Source: Vulcanimicrobiota bacterium (lineage in GTDB: Bacteria; Vulcanimicrobiota; Vulcanimicrobiia; Eremiobacterales; Eremiobacteraceae). From it: a stretch of DNA of 64,000 nt. Made by a program: the position numbers and the translations under genes. Below are positions 52,701 through 64,000 of this stretch, piece after piece. The notes beneath the pieces were generated by a model. The model was given only the letters and a program-made list of their open reading frames with translations. It made no database searches and was not told where the DNA came from. Position 1 is the stretch's first letter; the number at the start of each line of letters is the position of its first letter. Location: the NCBI GenBank assembly GCA_963805945.1, contig CAWDVP010000002.1, positions 480,001 to 544,000 on the forward strand. The letters run 5' to 3'.

Positions 52701-53843
52701 TTAGTCCGGCATCGGCGCGTATGGCCGAACGATCTTGCTCGGAGCACGCCGCATGCAGCTCGTAGTAGGATTGCTGGAAGAGACCAAGCCGTCGGCGAGC
52801 AGCTGGTCGGTGATCGAGTTGAGCGAGATGCCGGCGACTTCGAGCGCGGCGAGCTGGGCGTTCCGCTTGATCCATGCCCTGCATCGAGCGTACGCGCGAC
52901 CACGCCGTGGTCGCGGAAGGCGTCGATGGTGGCGGGCGGCATGGTGTCGACCGTGTCGGGGCCGATGAGCGCCTCTACGTAGTAGGTGTCCTGATACGCG
53001 GGGTTCTTGGTGGACGTGCTCGCCCACAGCGGGCGCTGCCGTCGCGCGCCTGCGGCGTCGAGCTTGCGCCAACGATCCGACGCGATGGACGCCTGATAGG
53101 TGGCGTAGAGGCGTTTTGAGTTGGCGATCGCCGTCTTGCCGATGAGCGCGGTGAGCTGCGCTTTCTTCGCCGCGTCTGCCGATTGCGCGGCGGCGGCGAT
53201 ACGCTTGTCGGCTTCAGTGTCCACCCGGCTCACGAAGCACGAGGCCACCGACGCGATGCGACTGCAGCGGCAAGCCCTTGGCAGACCGATCCTCGAGACC
53301 CGACATGAACGCGTCGATGACGCGCTCGTAATAGCCCTCGCCGAACATGAGCGTGATGTTGACGTTGAGGCCGTCGGCGATGAGCCGGCGGATGACCGGC
53401 ATGCCCTCGGCCGTCGCCGGCACTTTGATCATGACGTTCGGCCGGTCGACGATCTTCCACAGACGATGGGCCTCGGCGATCGAGCCGTCGGTGTCTTTGG
53501 CGAGCTGCGGCGGCAGTTCGATGGAGACGTAGCCGTCGCCGCCCGAACTCGCGTCGTACAGATCGCGGAAGGCGTCGCAGGCGTCGCGCACGTCGTCGGT
53601 GGTGAGGATGTCGTAGATCTCGGCCGCGCTGCGTCCCGCCGCGACGAGCGACGCGATCTGCGTGTCGTAGTCGGCGCTCTCGGCGATCGCCTTCTCGAAG
53701 ATGGTCGGGTTCGACGTCTCACCGCGCAGGCCGTCGTCGTCGATCATGCGGCGCAGCGCACCGGAGCGGGTGTAACTGCGCCGGATGTTGTCGAGCCAGA
53801 AGCTCTGGCCGAGGTCGATGAGGCGCTGCAGTGGGTTCGACAT
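52701..53843 (-). CDS. tal: Transaldolase, frameshifted; 3' end approximate
   Basis: GQSFWLDN, TSNPTIF, NVMIKVPAT, ASCFVSRVD, LWASTSTKNP, TVDTMP. Confidence 0.92.
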
Positions 53844-53858
53844 GGGAGTTCCCTTCTT

Positions 53859-53885
53859 GAGCCGACCTAAAGGTCGGCCCCTACA
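53859..53885 (-). repeat. Family-A REP palindrome, overlapping the tkt stop
   Basis: gagccgacc-taaa-ggtcggccc-CTACa. Confidence 0.8.
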
Positions 53886-55903
53886 CTAAGCGATTTGGCG
53901 ACCGACGCCACGTTGTCTGGTGTGAAGCCGAATTTCTGAAAGAGCACATCCGCCGGCGCCGACGCGCCGAAGTGCGTCATGCCGATGACCTTGCCGCGCA
54001 CGCCGACGTAGCGCTCCCAACCGAACGGCGACGCCGCCTCGACGGCGACGCGCGCCGTCACCGCCGGCGGCAGCACGCTGTCGCGATACGCCTGGTCCTG
54101 TGCGTCGAAGATCTGCCAGCACGGCAGGCTGACGACGCGTGTCGGAATGCCGGAAGACTGCAGCAGCGTGCGCGCCGCAGCGCACAGCTGCACCTCCGAG
54201 CCGGTGCCGATGAGGATCAGCGCGAGCGCGCCGCCCTCTTCCTTGAAGAGGGTATACCCGCCGCGGGCCGCGCCTACCGTCGCTTCGGCCGGGAAGATCG
54301 GCAGTTTCTGGCGCGTGAGCGCGAGGCCTACCGGGCCATCGGTATGTTCCATCGCCGCCGGTAGCAGATCGAGGTCTCGTTGGCGTCGGCGGGCCGCATG
54401 ATCGTCATGTTCGGGATCGCGCGCAGGCTGGCGAGCTGCTCGATCGATTGATGCGTCGGGCCGTCCTCGCCCAAGCCGATGCTGTCGTGGGTCCAGATGT
54501 AGATCGGATTGATGCGCATGAGGCACGCGAGACGGATCGCGGGGCCGCATGTAGTCGGAGAAGATGAGGAAGGTCGCGCCGAACGGGCGCACGCCGCCGT
54601 GCAGCGCCATGCCGTTGAGCGTCGCCGTCATCGCGTGCTCGCGGATGCCGAAGTGCATCTGGCGCGCGTCGTACGTGCCGGCCTCGAAATCGCCGAGGTC
54701 TTTGAGCTGCGTCTTGTTCGAGACCGCGAGATCGGCAGAACCGCCGAGCAAGAAGGGCACGGACTTGGCGATGCGCGTTGAGCGCCTTGCTCGACGCGTC
54801 GCGCGTCGCCATAGGGCCGTCGCTCGGCGCGAAGGTCGGGATCTGCTTGTCCCAACCTTGCGGCAGCGTGCCCGCCTGTTCCGCCGTGAACTGCTTGGCT
54901 TCTGGTGCGTGTTCGCGCTCGTAGCGCGCCCACAACTCGTTCCATGTCGTCTCGAGCGCGGCGCCGCGCTCGACGGCCGTGCGGAAGACGGCGAGCGCAT
55001 CGTCGGGCACGAGGAACTTCGCGTCCTCGGGCCAGCCGTAGAAGCGCTTCGCGCCTTTGATCTCGTCCTCGCCGAGCGGCTCGCCATGCGCCTCCGCGGT
55101 GTCCTGCTTGTTGGGCGCGCCGTAGCCGATGTGCGTGCGGATGCGGATGAGCGATGGCCGCGGGTCGGCCTTCGCCGCGGTGAGCGCGCGGTCGATGGCG
55201 TCGAGGTCGTTGGCGTCCTCGACGGCTTGCGTGTGCCAGCCGTAGGCTTCGTAGCGCCGGCACACGTCCTCTTGATCGAATGCGAGCGAGGTGGAGCCCT
55301 CGATGGTGATGTGGTTGTCGTCGTAGCACATGATGAGGTTGCCGAGCTGCAGATGTCCGGCCAGCGATGCGGCTTCCGCCGAGACGCCTTCCATGAGATC
55401 GCCGTCGCTGCAGATGACGTAGGTGTGGTGGTCGACGATGTCGAGGCCATCGGTGTTGAAGCGCGTCCCCACGAAACGTTCCGCGACCGCGAAGCCGACC
55501 GCGTTGCCGAAGCCCTGCCCGAGCGGTCCCGTGGTGCACTCGACGCCCGGCGTGTGTCCGTACTCGGGATGGCCCGGGCGTCTTCGAGCCCCACTGGCGG
55601 AATTGCTTTGAGGTCGTCAAGGCTGAGATCGTAGCCGGTGAGGAAGAGCATCGCGTATTGCAGGATGCACGCGTGCCCGGCGGAGAGGATGAAGCGATCG
55701 CGGTCGAGCCACTTCGGGTTCTTCGGATTGTAGCGCATGTGCTTGGTCCACAGCACGTACGCGAGCGGCGCCAGCGCCATCGCGGTGCCCGGATGGCCCG
55801 AGTTGGCCTTCTGGACCGCGTCCATCGAGAGCGTGCGGATGGTGTTGACGCACAACTGGTCGAGCGCCTCGCGGGTGGGCTGCGGCGATGTGGTTGGGTT
55901 CAC
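53867..55903 (-). CDS. tkt: Transketolase, frameshifted
   Basis: [50 protein letters not shown]. Confidence 0.96.
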   Translation of the reverse strand: MNPTTSPQPTREALDQLCVNTIRTLSMDAVQKANSGHPGTAMALAPLAYVLWTKHMRYNPKNPKWLDRDRFILSAGHACILQYAMLFLTGYDLSLDDLKAIPPVGLEDARAIPSTDTRRASSAPRDRSGRASATRSASRSRNVSWGRASTPMASTSSTTTPTSSAATAISWKASRRKPHRWPDICSSATSSCATTTTTSPSRAPPRSHSIKRTCAGATKPTAGTRKPSRTPTTSTPSTARSPRRRPTRGHRSSASARTSATARPTSRTPRRRMASRSARTRSKARSASTAGPRTRSSSCPTMRSPSSARPSSAAPRSRRHGTSCGRATSANTHQKPSSSRRNRRARCRKVGTSRSRPSRRATALWRRATRRARRSTRIAKSVPFLLGGSADLAVSNKTQLKDLGDFEAGTYDARQMHFGIREHAMTATLNGMALHGGVRPFGATFLIFSDYMRPRDPSRVPHAHQSDLHLDPRQHRLGRGRPDASIDRAARQPARDPEHDDHAARRRQRDLDLLPAAMEHTDGPVGLALTRQKLPIFPAEATVGAARGGYTLFKEEGGALALILIGTGSEVQLCAAARTLLQSSGIPTRVVSLPCWQIFDAQDQAYRDSVLPPAVTARVAVEAASPFGWERYVGVRGKVIGMTHFGASAPADVLFQKFGFTPDNVASVAKSLSVGADL

Positions 55904-55925
55904 GCGATCCTCCGACTCCGGGTTT

Positions 55926-55949
55926 TGTAGTGTCCGAGCGCAGCTCGGG
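55926..55949 (+). repeat. Family-B REP palindrome
   Basis: tGTAG-tgtccgagc-gca-gctcggg. Confidence 0.7.
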
Positions 55950-55951
55950 TC

Positions 55952-56998
55952 TTATCGAACACCGATCTCCGGCGCCTCGGTGAGGCTTCCGATGACCGCG
56001 GCCTCGGCACGCCGCCTGCGGCAAGCGCGTCGAGCAGCGCTTCGGCGCTCTCTTCTGATACGGCGATGAGCAGGCCGCCGGACGTCTGGGCGTCGCACAA
56101 GACGAGCCGCAGCGCCGTCGGGATGGACTCGGCGAATCGGACGCCGCTGCGCACCGCCAGCGCGAGATTCGCCTTTGTGCCGCTCGGGGCACAATCCCGC
56201 TCCGCCAAGTCCACCGCCATATCGAACAGCGGGACCGCCGCGGCGTCGACCAGCGCGCCCCTGCCGCTGCCCCTTGTCATCTCATTAAGATGGCCCATGA
56301 GGCCGAAGCCGGTGACGTCGGTCGCCGCGTGCACGCCGACGGCGAGCATGGCGTCGGCGGCGGCGCGGTTGAGCGTCTGCATGGAAGCGATCACCTCGTC
56401 GAGTTCGGACTCCTCGATCACGTCGCGGCGGCGTGCGGTGGTGAGGATGCCGGTGCCGAGCGGTTTGGTGAGCACGAGCAGGTCGCCGGCTTCGCCGGTC
56501 GAGTTGCGGACGACGCGCTGCGGATGCACCTTGCCGGTGACCGCGAGCCCGTACTTCGGCTCCGGATCCTTCACCGTATGGCCGCCGATGATGTTGATAC
56601 CCGCTTCGCGCGCTTTTTCCACGCCGCCGCGCAGCATCGCGAGGAGGACGGTAAGCGGCAGCGCCGCTCTCAGGGAACGCGGCGACGGCGACGGCGAACA
56701 GCGGCGTCGCGCCCATCGCATAGATGTCCGAGAGCGAGTTGGCTGCGGCGATGCGGCCGAAGGTCTCCGGATCGTCCACGATGGGCGTGAAGAAGTCGAC
56801 CGTCTGCACGAGTGCAAGGTCGTCGCTGAGGCGGTACACGCCGGCGTCGTCAGAGGTGGCCGTGCCGACAAGCACGTTCGGATCACCGGGCGCGGGCAGA
56901 TCGCGCAGCACCTGCGCGAGCACGTCTGCTTCTACTTTAGAAGCTCAACCGGCGCAGCTCACCATGTGGGTGAGGCGCGTGATGTCCTCGCGCGTCAT
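55952..56998 (-). CDS. selD: Selenide, water dikinase; selenoprotein form with UGA-Sec at codon 18, plus downstream frameshifts
   Basis: [61 protein letters not shown]. Confidence 0.93.
56896..56929 (-). promoter_or_regulatory. Candidate bacterial SECIS element of selD
   Basis: gcaga..tcgcgca-GGTGC-tgcgcga-tctgc; apical loop 32 nt after the UGA. Confidence 0.6.
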
Positions 56999-57102
56999 CG
57001 CATACCACCTCCTTTCTCAGCCAGCGGTCGAGTCGGACTACGACCGCTCCAATTCCCGCGCGCCGACAGGCGCCCTCCGCGAACGGCCCGAACTCCGGAC
57101 GC

Positions 57103-58279
57103 ATGGCTGAGTTGCTCCTCATCCCTGGGCCTGTCACCGTGTCCGCGGACGTGCTCGCCGCGGCGGCGCAGCCCATGCGCAATCATCGCGGCCCGTTCGC
57201 GGCCAAGATCTACGCCGATCTCGTCCAGCGGCTGCAAGATATCTTCCAGACCAAACAGCCCGTGCTGCTGCTGGGGTCGTCAGGCACCGGCGCGATGGAA
57301 GCGTCGGTCGTCAATCTCTTCTCGCCGGGCGACAAACTCGTCGCCATGCCGATGGGCGCGTTCGGCGATCGTCACGTCGCGCTTGCCCGCGCGTACGGCG
57401 CCGAGGTCGAGATCCTCGGCTGCGATTGGGGCATCGCGCCCGATCCGCAGCGGCTGCGCGATCGCTTGGCGGCAGACCGCACCGGCACTATCAAGGGCGT
57501 GCTGGTCACGCACAACGAGACGTCGACCGGCGTGCAAGCCGATCTCGAGGCGCTGGCGCGCGCCCGCGCCGACCATCCGGCGCTGCTCGTCGTCGATGCC
57601 GTGAGCAGCGTCGGCGCGACCAACGTGAAGATGGACGACTGGGGACTCGACGCGGTCATCACCGCGTCGCAGAAGGCGATCGCCGGCGTCGCCGGCGCCG
57701 CCATGATCGCCCTGAGCAAACGTGCCTGGGAAGCATCGGAGCGAGCCTCGATGCCTCGGTTCTACTTCGATACGCGCAAGGCGCAGACGGCCCTGGCCAA
57801 GGGTCAAACCCCCTGGACGCCCCCCTTCGGCGTGCTATTGGCACTCGAACAGGCGACCGATAACTATATGAAGGAAGGGCGCCACTCCGCCTTCGCTCGC
57901 CATGCCCGGTTCGCCGCGGCGATCCGCGCAGGTTGCAGCGCTCTCGGCTTGTCGCTCTTCGCCAGACCTGGCGTGTACTCGAACACAGTGACCGCCATCA
58001 GCGCGACGCGCGGACACCGATCATCGGGCGCTGCAGCAATCGCTGCGCGAGCGCTATGGGGTGGTCGTCGGCGGGGGGCAGATGCAATTGGAAGGCAAGG
58101 TCCTCCGCATCGGCAACATGGGCGCGATCGGGCGCAAGGACATCATCACCGCGCTCGCGGCGCTCGAGATGGCGCTGCGCGACAGCGGTCTCGCGCCGTC
58201 GCCCGGTGCGGGTGTCGCCGCGGCGAACGCCGTGTTCGCCGAGTCCGAGGCGGCAGCGCCTCGCGTCGCAGTCGGATAG
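57103..58279 (+). CDS. Class V PLP aminotransferase (alanine/serine-glyoxylate family), frameshift near 58010
   Basis: LLIPGP, SGTGAMEA, HNETSTG, VDAVSS, ASQKA, LRIGNMG. Confidence 0.92.
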
Positions 58280-58299
58280 GCTAAGGAGTTGGATCTGCC

Positions 58300-59713
58300 G
58301 TGAAGCGTTATTTTCGTGTGACCACTTTCTCCCGCGCGCTCGCGGTGCTCACCGCTTTCGCATGCGTCGCCGTCGCGTTGACGCCCGGCTTCACGCCTGC
58401 TCGTGGTGACGGCGCGATCACGCTAGCGGTCATGGCCCCGCAGAACACCGGTAAGGCGAGTGCGGCCATCGTCACTCAGGTCGGCCAAGCGATGTACGAC
58501 GGCATCGTCGCCAGCGGCAGATATGATGTCCGCGGCGGCGGTCCGCTCCGCACATCGCAAGAAACGGGTCTCGGTTCCACGTTGCCGGACGCGCTGGCCG
58601 CCGCCGGCCGCGCCGGCGCGAGCGAAGCGCTCATCACGGACGTGGTGCAGGCGGGTGACGGCAAGGTCGTCTACAGCATGGCGCTCTATCGCGTCAATCC
58701 GGTCACCTTCGGCCGCTCCCAGGTATTCACCCAGTCGTTCCCGCCCAAAGACGCTCACGTCTTCGCGTCGCAATTCGCCAACGACCTCGCCTCGCTCGAA
58801 GCACCCCGCACCAGCACCGGCACCATCTATTCGGTGTCGAACGGCATCCTCGCCGACACCGGTTCGGGTTCGGGCTTCCATCTCGGGCAGCACTTCAACG
58901 TCGTGCGGGGCGGCAAGAAAGTCGCCGAAGCGCAGATATCGCAGATCGCGGAGGTCTCCGCGACGCTCGAGATCCTCAATCCGACTCCCGGCTACACCGC
59001 GCAGGTCGGCGACCGGCTCATCAGCGACGAGCCAGGTCCCGCGATACCGGTCGGCGGCACGGCAAGCACTCACAACAACAACGGCGCGCTCACGGTGGTC
59101 GGGTTGATCATCGGCGTCGGCGCCGCGCTGCTGGCGTTGGGTCACAACGGCACCGCCGCGACCGTCAACTGCTCGGGGCCGACGCCCACAGGACCGGCTG
59201 CGGCACTTCGCCGACGCCCAGCGGTGGCCACGTTCACCGTGGCGCTGTCGAACAGTCCGAAGGGCTTTCGCCGACCTTCATGTTCGTCTTCAGCAAGCCT
59301 GTCTTGAACGCGGCGTCGCTCACCGGAAATATGGGAATGCCCTCTACGTGCAGGATTCCGTTCCGCCAGGCCCGCTGGTCCGAACAGCTTCTTGTCGAGC
59401 ATTGGCGGCGCCACAGGGGTTTTCGACGGCACGGGCACGGTGTTGACCATCACCATGACCGGGCAGTTGATCCGTGGCACGCCTACTACATCACCTTCAC
59501 CAACACCGTCACCGCGTTGGACGGGTCGACCCTGGTGCCAAATTCGTTCCGCTACCCGCAGTCGGTACGCTGTCGATCATGCGGCCATCCGCTGACGCAA
59601 GGCGTCATCCCGAACGCACCGGTGAACTCGGGGCCGGCAACGGCAACAGCGGCAACAAACCGCACGGTGGGAACGGGAGCGGGAACTCGCCGCACGCGGT
59701 CCCCAACCACTGA
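58300..59713 (+). CDS. Exported hypothetical protein with a frameshifted C-terminal Ig-like region and a Gly/Asn tail
   Basis: Signal peptide; coherent coding in 58300-59200; continuation YYITFTNTVTALDG...NGNSGNKPHGG in other frames. Confidence 0.55.
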
Positions 59714-59737
59714 CAAGTCATCCGGGCGATACGCAAA

Positions 59738-59764
59738 GGGCCGACCTAAAGGTCGGCCCCTGCA
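59738..59764 (-). repeat. Family-A REP palindrome (GCAG variant)
   Basis: gggccgacc-taaa-ggtcggccc-ctgca. Confidence 0.75.
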
Positions 59765-59773
59765 TTTGCGTCG

Positions 59774-60304
59774 TCAGACGCGGTGGTCGTGCATGATCGG
59801 CCGCACGATCAGCTTGTAGAGCTTCGGGGACATGTCCACGATGCGGTCATTGATCGGCTCAAAACCCCGGTCGAACTGGTTCGCGAAGAACGAATGGTGG
59901 ATCGTGTCGCGCAACTGGCCGTCCATCGGCAGGAACAGCGCGAGGTAGAGGATGACGAACATCGCCGCGAGCACCTTGGCGATGCTGATGAGGCCGCCGC
60001 CGGTGCTGCTGATCCACGAGTTGTCGCGACGATCGATGCGGCTCATGACGAACCAGCCGCCGACGCGTACGAGCGCGTAGACGAAGAAGAACAAGAGCCA
60101 GAACGCGACGAGATAACGTGACGCATCGGACAGCGACCAGTCAGGCGGCAGCCCCGTCGCCACGCCCGTCGACCAAAGCGATGCCGCGAGAAGGCCTACG
60201 ACGAGCGCGCCCGCATCGAAGGCCTCCGCGACGACGCCCACGCGCCAGCCGCAATAGAAGGCGACGATGAGCGTCGCAAAAACGAGCCAGTCGATCCACG
60301 TCAT
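59774..60304 (-). CDS. CvpA (colicin V production) family membrane protein
   Basis: MTWIDWL...GWRVGVVAEA, 4 TM helices, GGGLIS. Confidence 0.75.
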   Translation of the reverse strand: MTWIDWLVFATLIVAFYCGWRVGVVAEAFDAGALVVGLLAASLWSTGVATGLPPDWSLSDASRYLVAFWLLFFFVYALVRVGGWFVMSRIDRRDNSWISSTGGGLISIAKVLAAMFVILYLALFLPMDGQLRDTIHHSFFANQFDRGFEPINDRIVDMSPKLYKLIVRPIMHDHRV

Positions 60305-60380
60305 AAAGGCATCTCCCGGGCCGATAGACGGTCGAGTAAACCCGACCGCTCCATCCGCTCTAAGATCCGGTCCCCCGCGT

Positions 60381-60402
60381 GCGGTCGAATGCATTCGACC
60401 GC
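60381..60402. other. Perfect 22-bp palindrome between pheT and the cvpA-like gene
   Basis: gcggtcgaatgcattcgaccgc. Confidence 0.5.
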
Positions 60403-60416
60403 TCCCGAGGAGCGAC

Positions 60417-62903
60417 CTACGTTGCGCCGCCGCGCTGGGTCGCGCTGAAACGCTCCCGCAGCAGCGCGAGGATCGTCTGCAGCGACGCCTCGGCCTGGTC
60501 GTCCGTGATGGTCGTGTCGGCCTTGCGGAAGCGCAGCGTGAGCGCGATGCTCTTCTTGCCGGCAGGCACTTGCGGTCCGCGATATTCGTCGAACGCGGAC
60601 ACGCTCTCGAAGGCGTCGACCTTCGCGCCTGCGATGGCGCTCATCAGCTCGCCTGCGGTGACGGCCTCGTCGACGACGACCGCGATGTCGCGCTGCGTGC
60701 CCGGGAAGCGCGGGATCGGCGCGTACGGTTTCACCGGCGGCGTCGCGGGAAGATTCTCGAGATAGAGCATGATGCCGTAGCTGTGCTCGCGCAGGTCGTA
60801 GGCGCGCGCAAGCCGCGGATGCAGGCGGCCGAACTTCGCGACCGGTTTGCCTGCGAGGTCGATCGTGCCCGCTGCGCCCGGATGGAAGTACGCGCGTTCG
60901 CGCGCGCGCGTCTCGCCGCTCTCGACCGGCGAGCGCGGCGACGAGCGACTCGGCTTCGCCCTTGATGGAGAGCAGATGCCGGTCGACGGCGCCCTGCTCG
61001 CCGCTGTCAGCCGAACACCGCGATGAGGCACAGCGACGGCCACTCGAGCACGCCGTCGACTTCATAGGCGCCGGTGCGCGAGAGCGGATCGGGCGGGCCT
61101 GCACGCGTGCGCCGTTCTCGGCGCGCGCACGGGGCCGTGCGGAAGACATGGCCGATCTCGAACAACCGCAGCTCGCCGCCGGCGCGCGGCCACGAACGCG
61201 CCGCGACTTCGAGCAGACCCGGCAGCAGGCTCGGCCGCAGGAAGCGTTGTTCGTCCGAGAGCGGGTTGGCGATCGGCACGGATTCGGGCCAAAACGTCAT
61301 GCCGGAGCGCTCCCATGCGCTGACCGTGCGCGAGCCTTGGAGCGCGAGCGTCACCGCCTCGCGATAGCCGAGCGCCGCCGCACGCCGCGCGAGCAGCGAC
61401 TCCTGATCGAAGAGACCTTCGTCCACCCGCTGGGGCGATGCGTTCATCTGCCGCTCGGGAATGGCGTCGTAGCCGATGCAGCGCGCGATCTCTTCGACGA
61501 CGTCGATCTCGGCGCTGACGTCACCGCGCCAGAAGGGCGGCACGACCGCGAGCGGCTCAGCGCCGGAGACGGTGAAACCGATCGGTTCGATGGCCGAACG
61601 CATCTGCGCGGCGGGAAGCTCGGTGCCTAACACGCGGTTCACGTACGCCGGGCCGGACCTGGATCGTGCGCGGCGCGCGCTTCGCTTCGCCGACATCCGC
61701 GACGGCGGTCGGGGTCGCGCCAGCAGCGACGAGCAGTCGCGCGGCCGCGCGCCGCCCGATGTCGGGAAGTTCGACCGGCAGGTTCTTCTCGTTGCGCGCG
61801 CTCGCTTCGGTGCGCAGGCCCAGCGCGACCGCGGCGCGCCGCACCGCCGCGCCGTCGAAGTTCGCCGACTCGGCGAACACGTGCGTCGTCGACTCGGTGA
61901 CGCCGCTGCCCGCGCCGCCGAACACGCCCGCCACGCCGACCGACGCCCTGCGCGTCGGCGATCACCGGCGTGCCTGCCGGCAACGCGCGCTCGGTGCCGT
62001 CGAGCGTCACGACCTTCTCGCCGGCCTTCGCCGCACGCGCCGTCGAGGATGCCGCCGTTGATGCGCGCGGCGTCGTAGAAGTGGAGCGGCTGGCCGGTCT
62101 CGAGCATCGCGTAGTTGGAGACGTCCACCATGAAGTCGCGGCTGCGCACGCCGGCGGCGTGCAGCCGCAGCGTCATCCACATCGGCGTCGCGCGTCCGCG
62201 CACGGCGGTGAAGCCCTGGCCGACGAAACGGCGGCACAGCTTCGGGTCGGCGATCTCGATCTTCACCGGTGCGGGCGCAGCTGCCGGCGTGTTCGGGAAA
62301 CGCAGGCTCCTGCCACGCCGCGCCGAGCCCGGCGGCGAGTTCGCGCGCGAGGCCGATGATGGAGAGACAGTCGGGCCGGTTCGCGGGGACGTCGACGTCG
62401 AGCACCGCGTCGCCGAAACGCACCGCTTTCCAGAAATCCTCGCCGATCGGCGCGTCCGCATCCAAGATGAGGATGCCGTCTTCGAATTCGCCCGGCAGCG
62501 CGAGCTCGGTGGACGAGCACATCATGCCGGCCGAATCGACGCCGCGCAGCGCGCTCTTGCGGATCACTTTGGTGCCGGCGGCGGCGCCTGGGCTCGCGCC
62601 GTGCTCGAAGACCTCAGCGCCGACGAGCGCGATGGGCACGCGGTCGCCCTGGCGTACATTGGTGGCGCCGGTGACGATCTGCAGCTTCTCGGACGCGCCG
62701 ACGTCCACCGTGCCGACCTGCAGCCGGTCGGCGTTGGGATGGCGCGCGAGCGTCTCGATCGTGCCGACGACGATGCGCGCGGGCATCGGCTGCGGCTCGA
62801 CCGCGTCGACCGTGAAGCCGCGCGCGGTGAGCACCGCGGCGAGCGCCTGCGCGTCGGCGTTCGTCGCGACGTATTCCCGAAGCCACGAGACGGGCGCGCG
62901 CAT
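60417..62903 (-). CDS. pheT: Phenylalanine--tRNA ligase beta subunit, many frameshifts
   Basis: [61 protein letters not shown]. Confidence 0.96.
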
Positions 62904-63931
62904 CAGGCGAACTGCTCGAGGAAGTCGGGATCGTTCTCGGTGAAGCAAGCGGATGTCGTCGATGCCGTGACGCACGAGCGCGATGCGCTCGATCCCCAAG
63001 CCCCACGCCCAGCCGCTGTACAGCTCCGGATCGTAGCCCGCGAGCACGCAGCACGTTGGGATGCACCATGCCGCAGCCGCCCATCTCGAGCCAGCCCGAT
63101 CCGCGGCACGTGCGGCAGCCCGCGCCGTCGCACACCGAGCACGAGAGATCGATCTCGGCCGACGGCTCGGTGAACGGGAAGTACGACGGGCGGAAGCGCG
63201 TGCGGGTGCGTCTCGCCCATGAGATGCCGGCACAGGTCGCTCGCGAAGCCTTTGAGGTGGCCGAAGTTGACGCCGCGATCGACGTGCAGCCCTTCGATCT
63301 GATGGAACATGAACGAGTGGCTCGCGTCGAGCGCGTCGCGGCGGTACGCCTTGCCCGGCACGAGGATCGCGAGCGGCGGCGGATAGGCCTGCATGGCGCG
63401 CATCTGCACCGGCGAGGTGTGCGGCCGCAGCAGCGTGCCCGGCCGGATGTAGAACGTGTCCATGCCCTCGCGCGCGGGATGATCGGCGGGGATGTTCATC
63501 GCCTCGAAGGCGTAGAAGTCGGTCTCGACTTCGGGGCCGAGCACGATCGCGAAGCCGCGCGAGCGGAAGAACGCGGCGACGTCGTCGAGCGTCTGGCGCA
63601 ACACGTGCAAGCTGCCGGTGCGCGGCTTCAAGCGAGGTCAGGGTGACGTCGAAGCGTTTCGAGAGGTCGCCGCGCCAGCGCCGCGTTCTCGAGACGCGAC
63701 TGCGCATCGGCGAGCGCCGCCTCGATCGCGGTCTTCGCCTCGTTGGCGCGCTTGCCGAACGCCGCGCGCTCCGCCGCGGGCAGCTTGGCGAGCTCGCCCA
63801 TCGCCTGCGAGAGCCTGCCGCCCTTGCGGCCGAGGAACGCCGTGCGCAGGGCCTCGATCTCTTCGAGGCTCGTGGCGGCGGCGGCGCGTTCGCGCGCCTC
63901 TATCCTGCAGGGTCTGGAGCTGGTCGCTCAC
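62903..63931 (-). CDS. pheS: Phenylalanine--tRNA ligase alpha subunit, frameshifted
   Basis: [46 protein letters not shown]. Confidence 0.96.
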
Positions 63932-63943
63932 GCGTCCCCCTTG

Positions 63944-63976
63944 AAATACAAAGATGGCCGCATCTCTGCGGCCACC
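63944..63976 (-). terminator. Terminator-like hairpin just upstream of pheS
   Basis: Minus strand ggtggccgca-gaga-tgcggccatc-tttgtattt. Confidence 0.6.
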
Positions 63977-64000
63977 GTACACAAATGAAACTCGGTTATC

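Noticed and set aside
63932..64000. T-box riboswitch upstream of pheS
   Set aside because: Only a terminator-like hairpin is visible, there is no UGGNACC T-box motif, and the leader is cut by the window edge.

Overview
High-GC bacterial chromosomal window. The gene style suggests Ca. Eremiobacterota or a related soil lineage, but this is inference only. Many single-base frameshifts fall in essential genes (pheS, pheT, tkt, lon), so it is probably a long-read or MAG consensus. Housekeeping blocks: ddl, alr, CIRCE-groES-groEL, a peptide ABC binding protein, a ytrA-type ABC operon with small ORFs, a ppk1-CYTH/CHAD-NUDIX polyphosphate operon, hsp20-lon, selD(Sec)-tkt-tal-zwf-opcA and pheST. The centre (28.2-48.3 kb) is the most interesting part. 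A signal-peptide Rhs toxin gene and three orphan toxin-tip/immunity cassettes (one on +, two on -) face each other around a complete, atypical kdp locus. All four Rhs core copies carry, at the same codon position, a 30-bp site made of 12-bp imperfect inverted arms around an identical 6-bp spacer (CGTGTA). That is the layout of a tyrosine-recombinase (Xer/dif-like) site. I propose a site-specific, invertible Rhs toxin 'shufflon' that would flip the kdp operon as cargo. A diverged, inverted copy of the kdpD 5' end supports a former opposite orientation. No recombinase gene is present in the window, so the mechanism remains a hypothesis. Two families of GTAG-type REP palindromes are scattered across the window.
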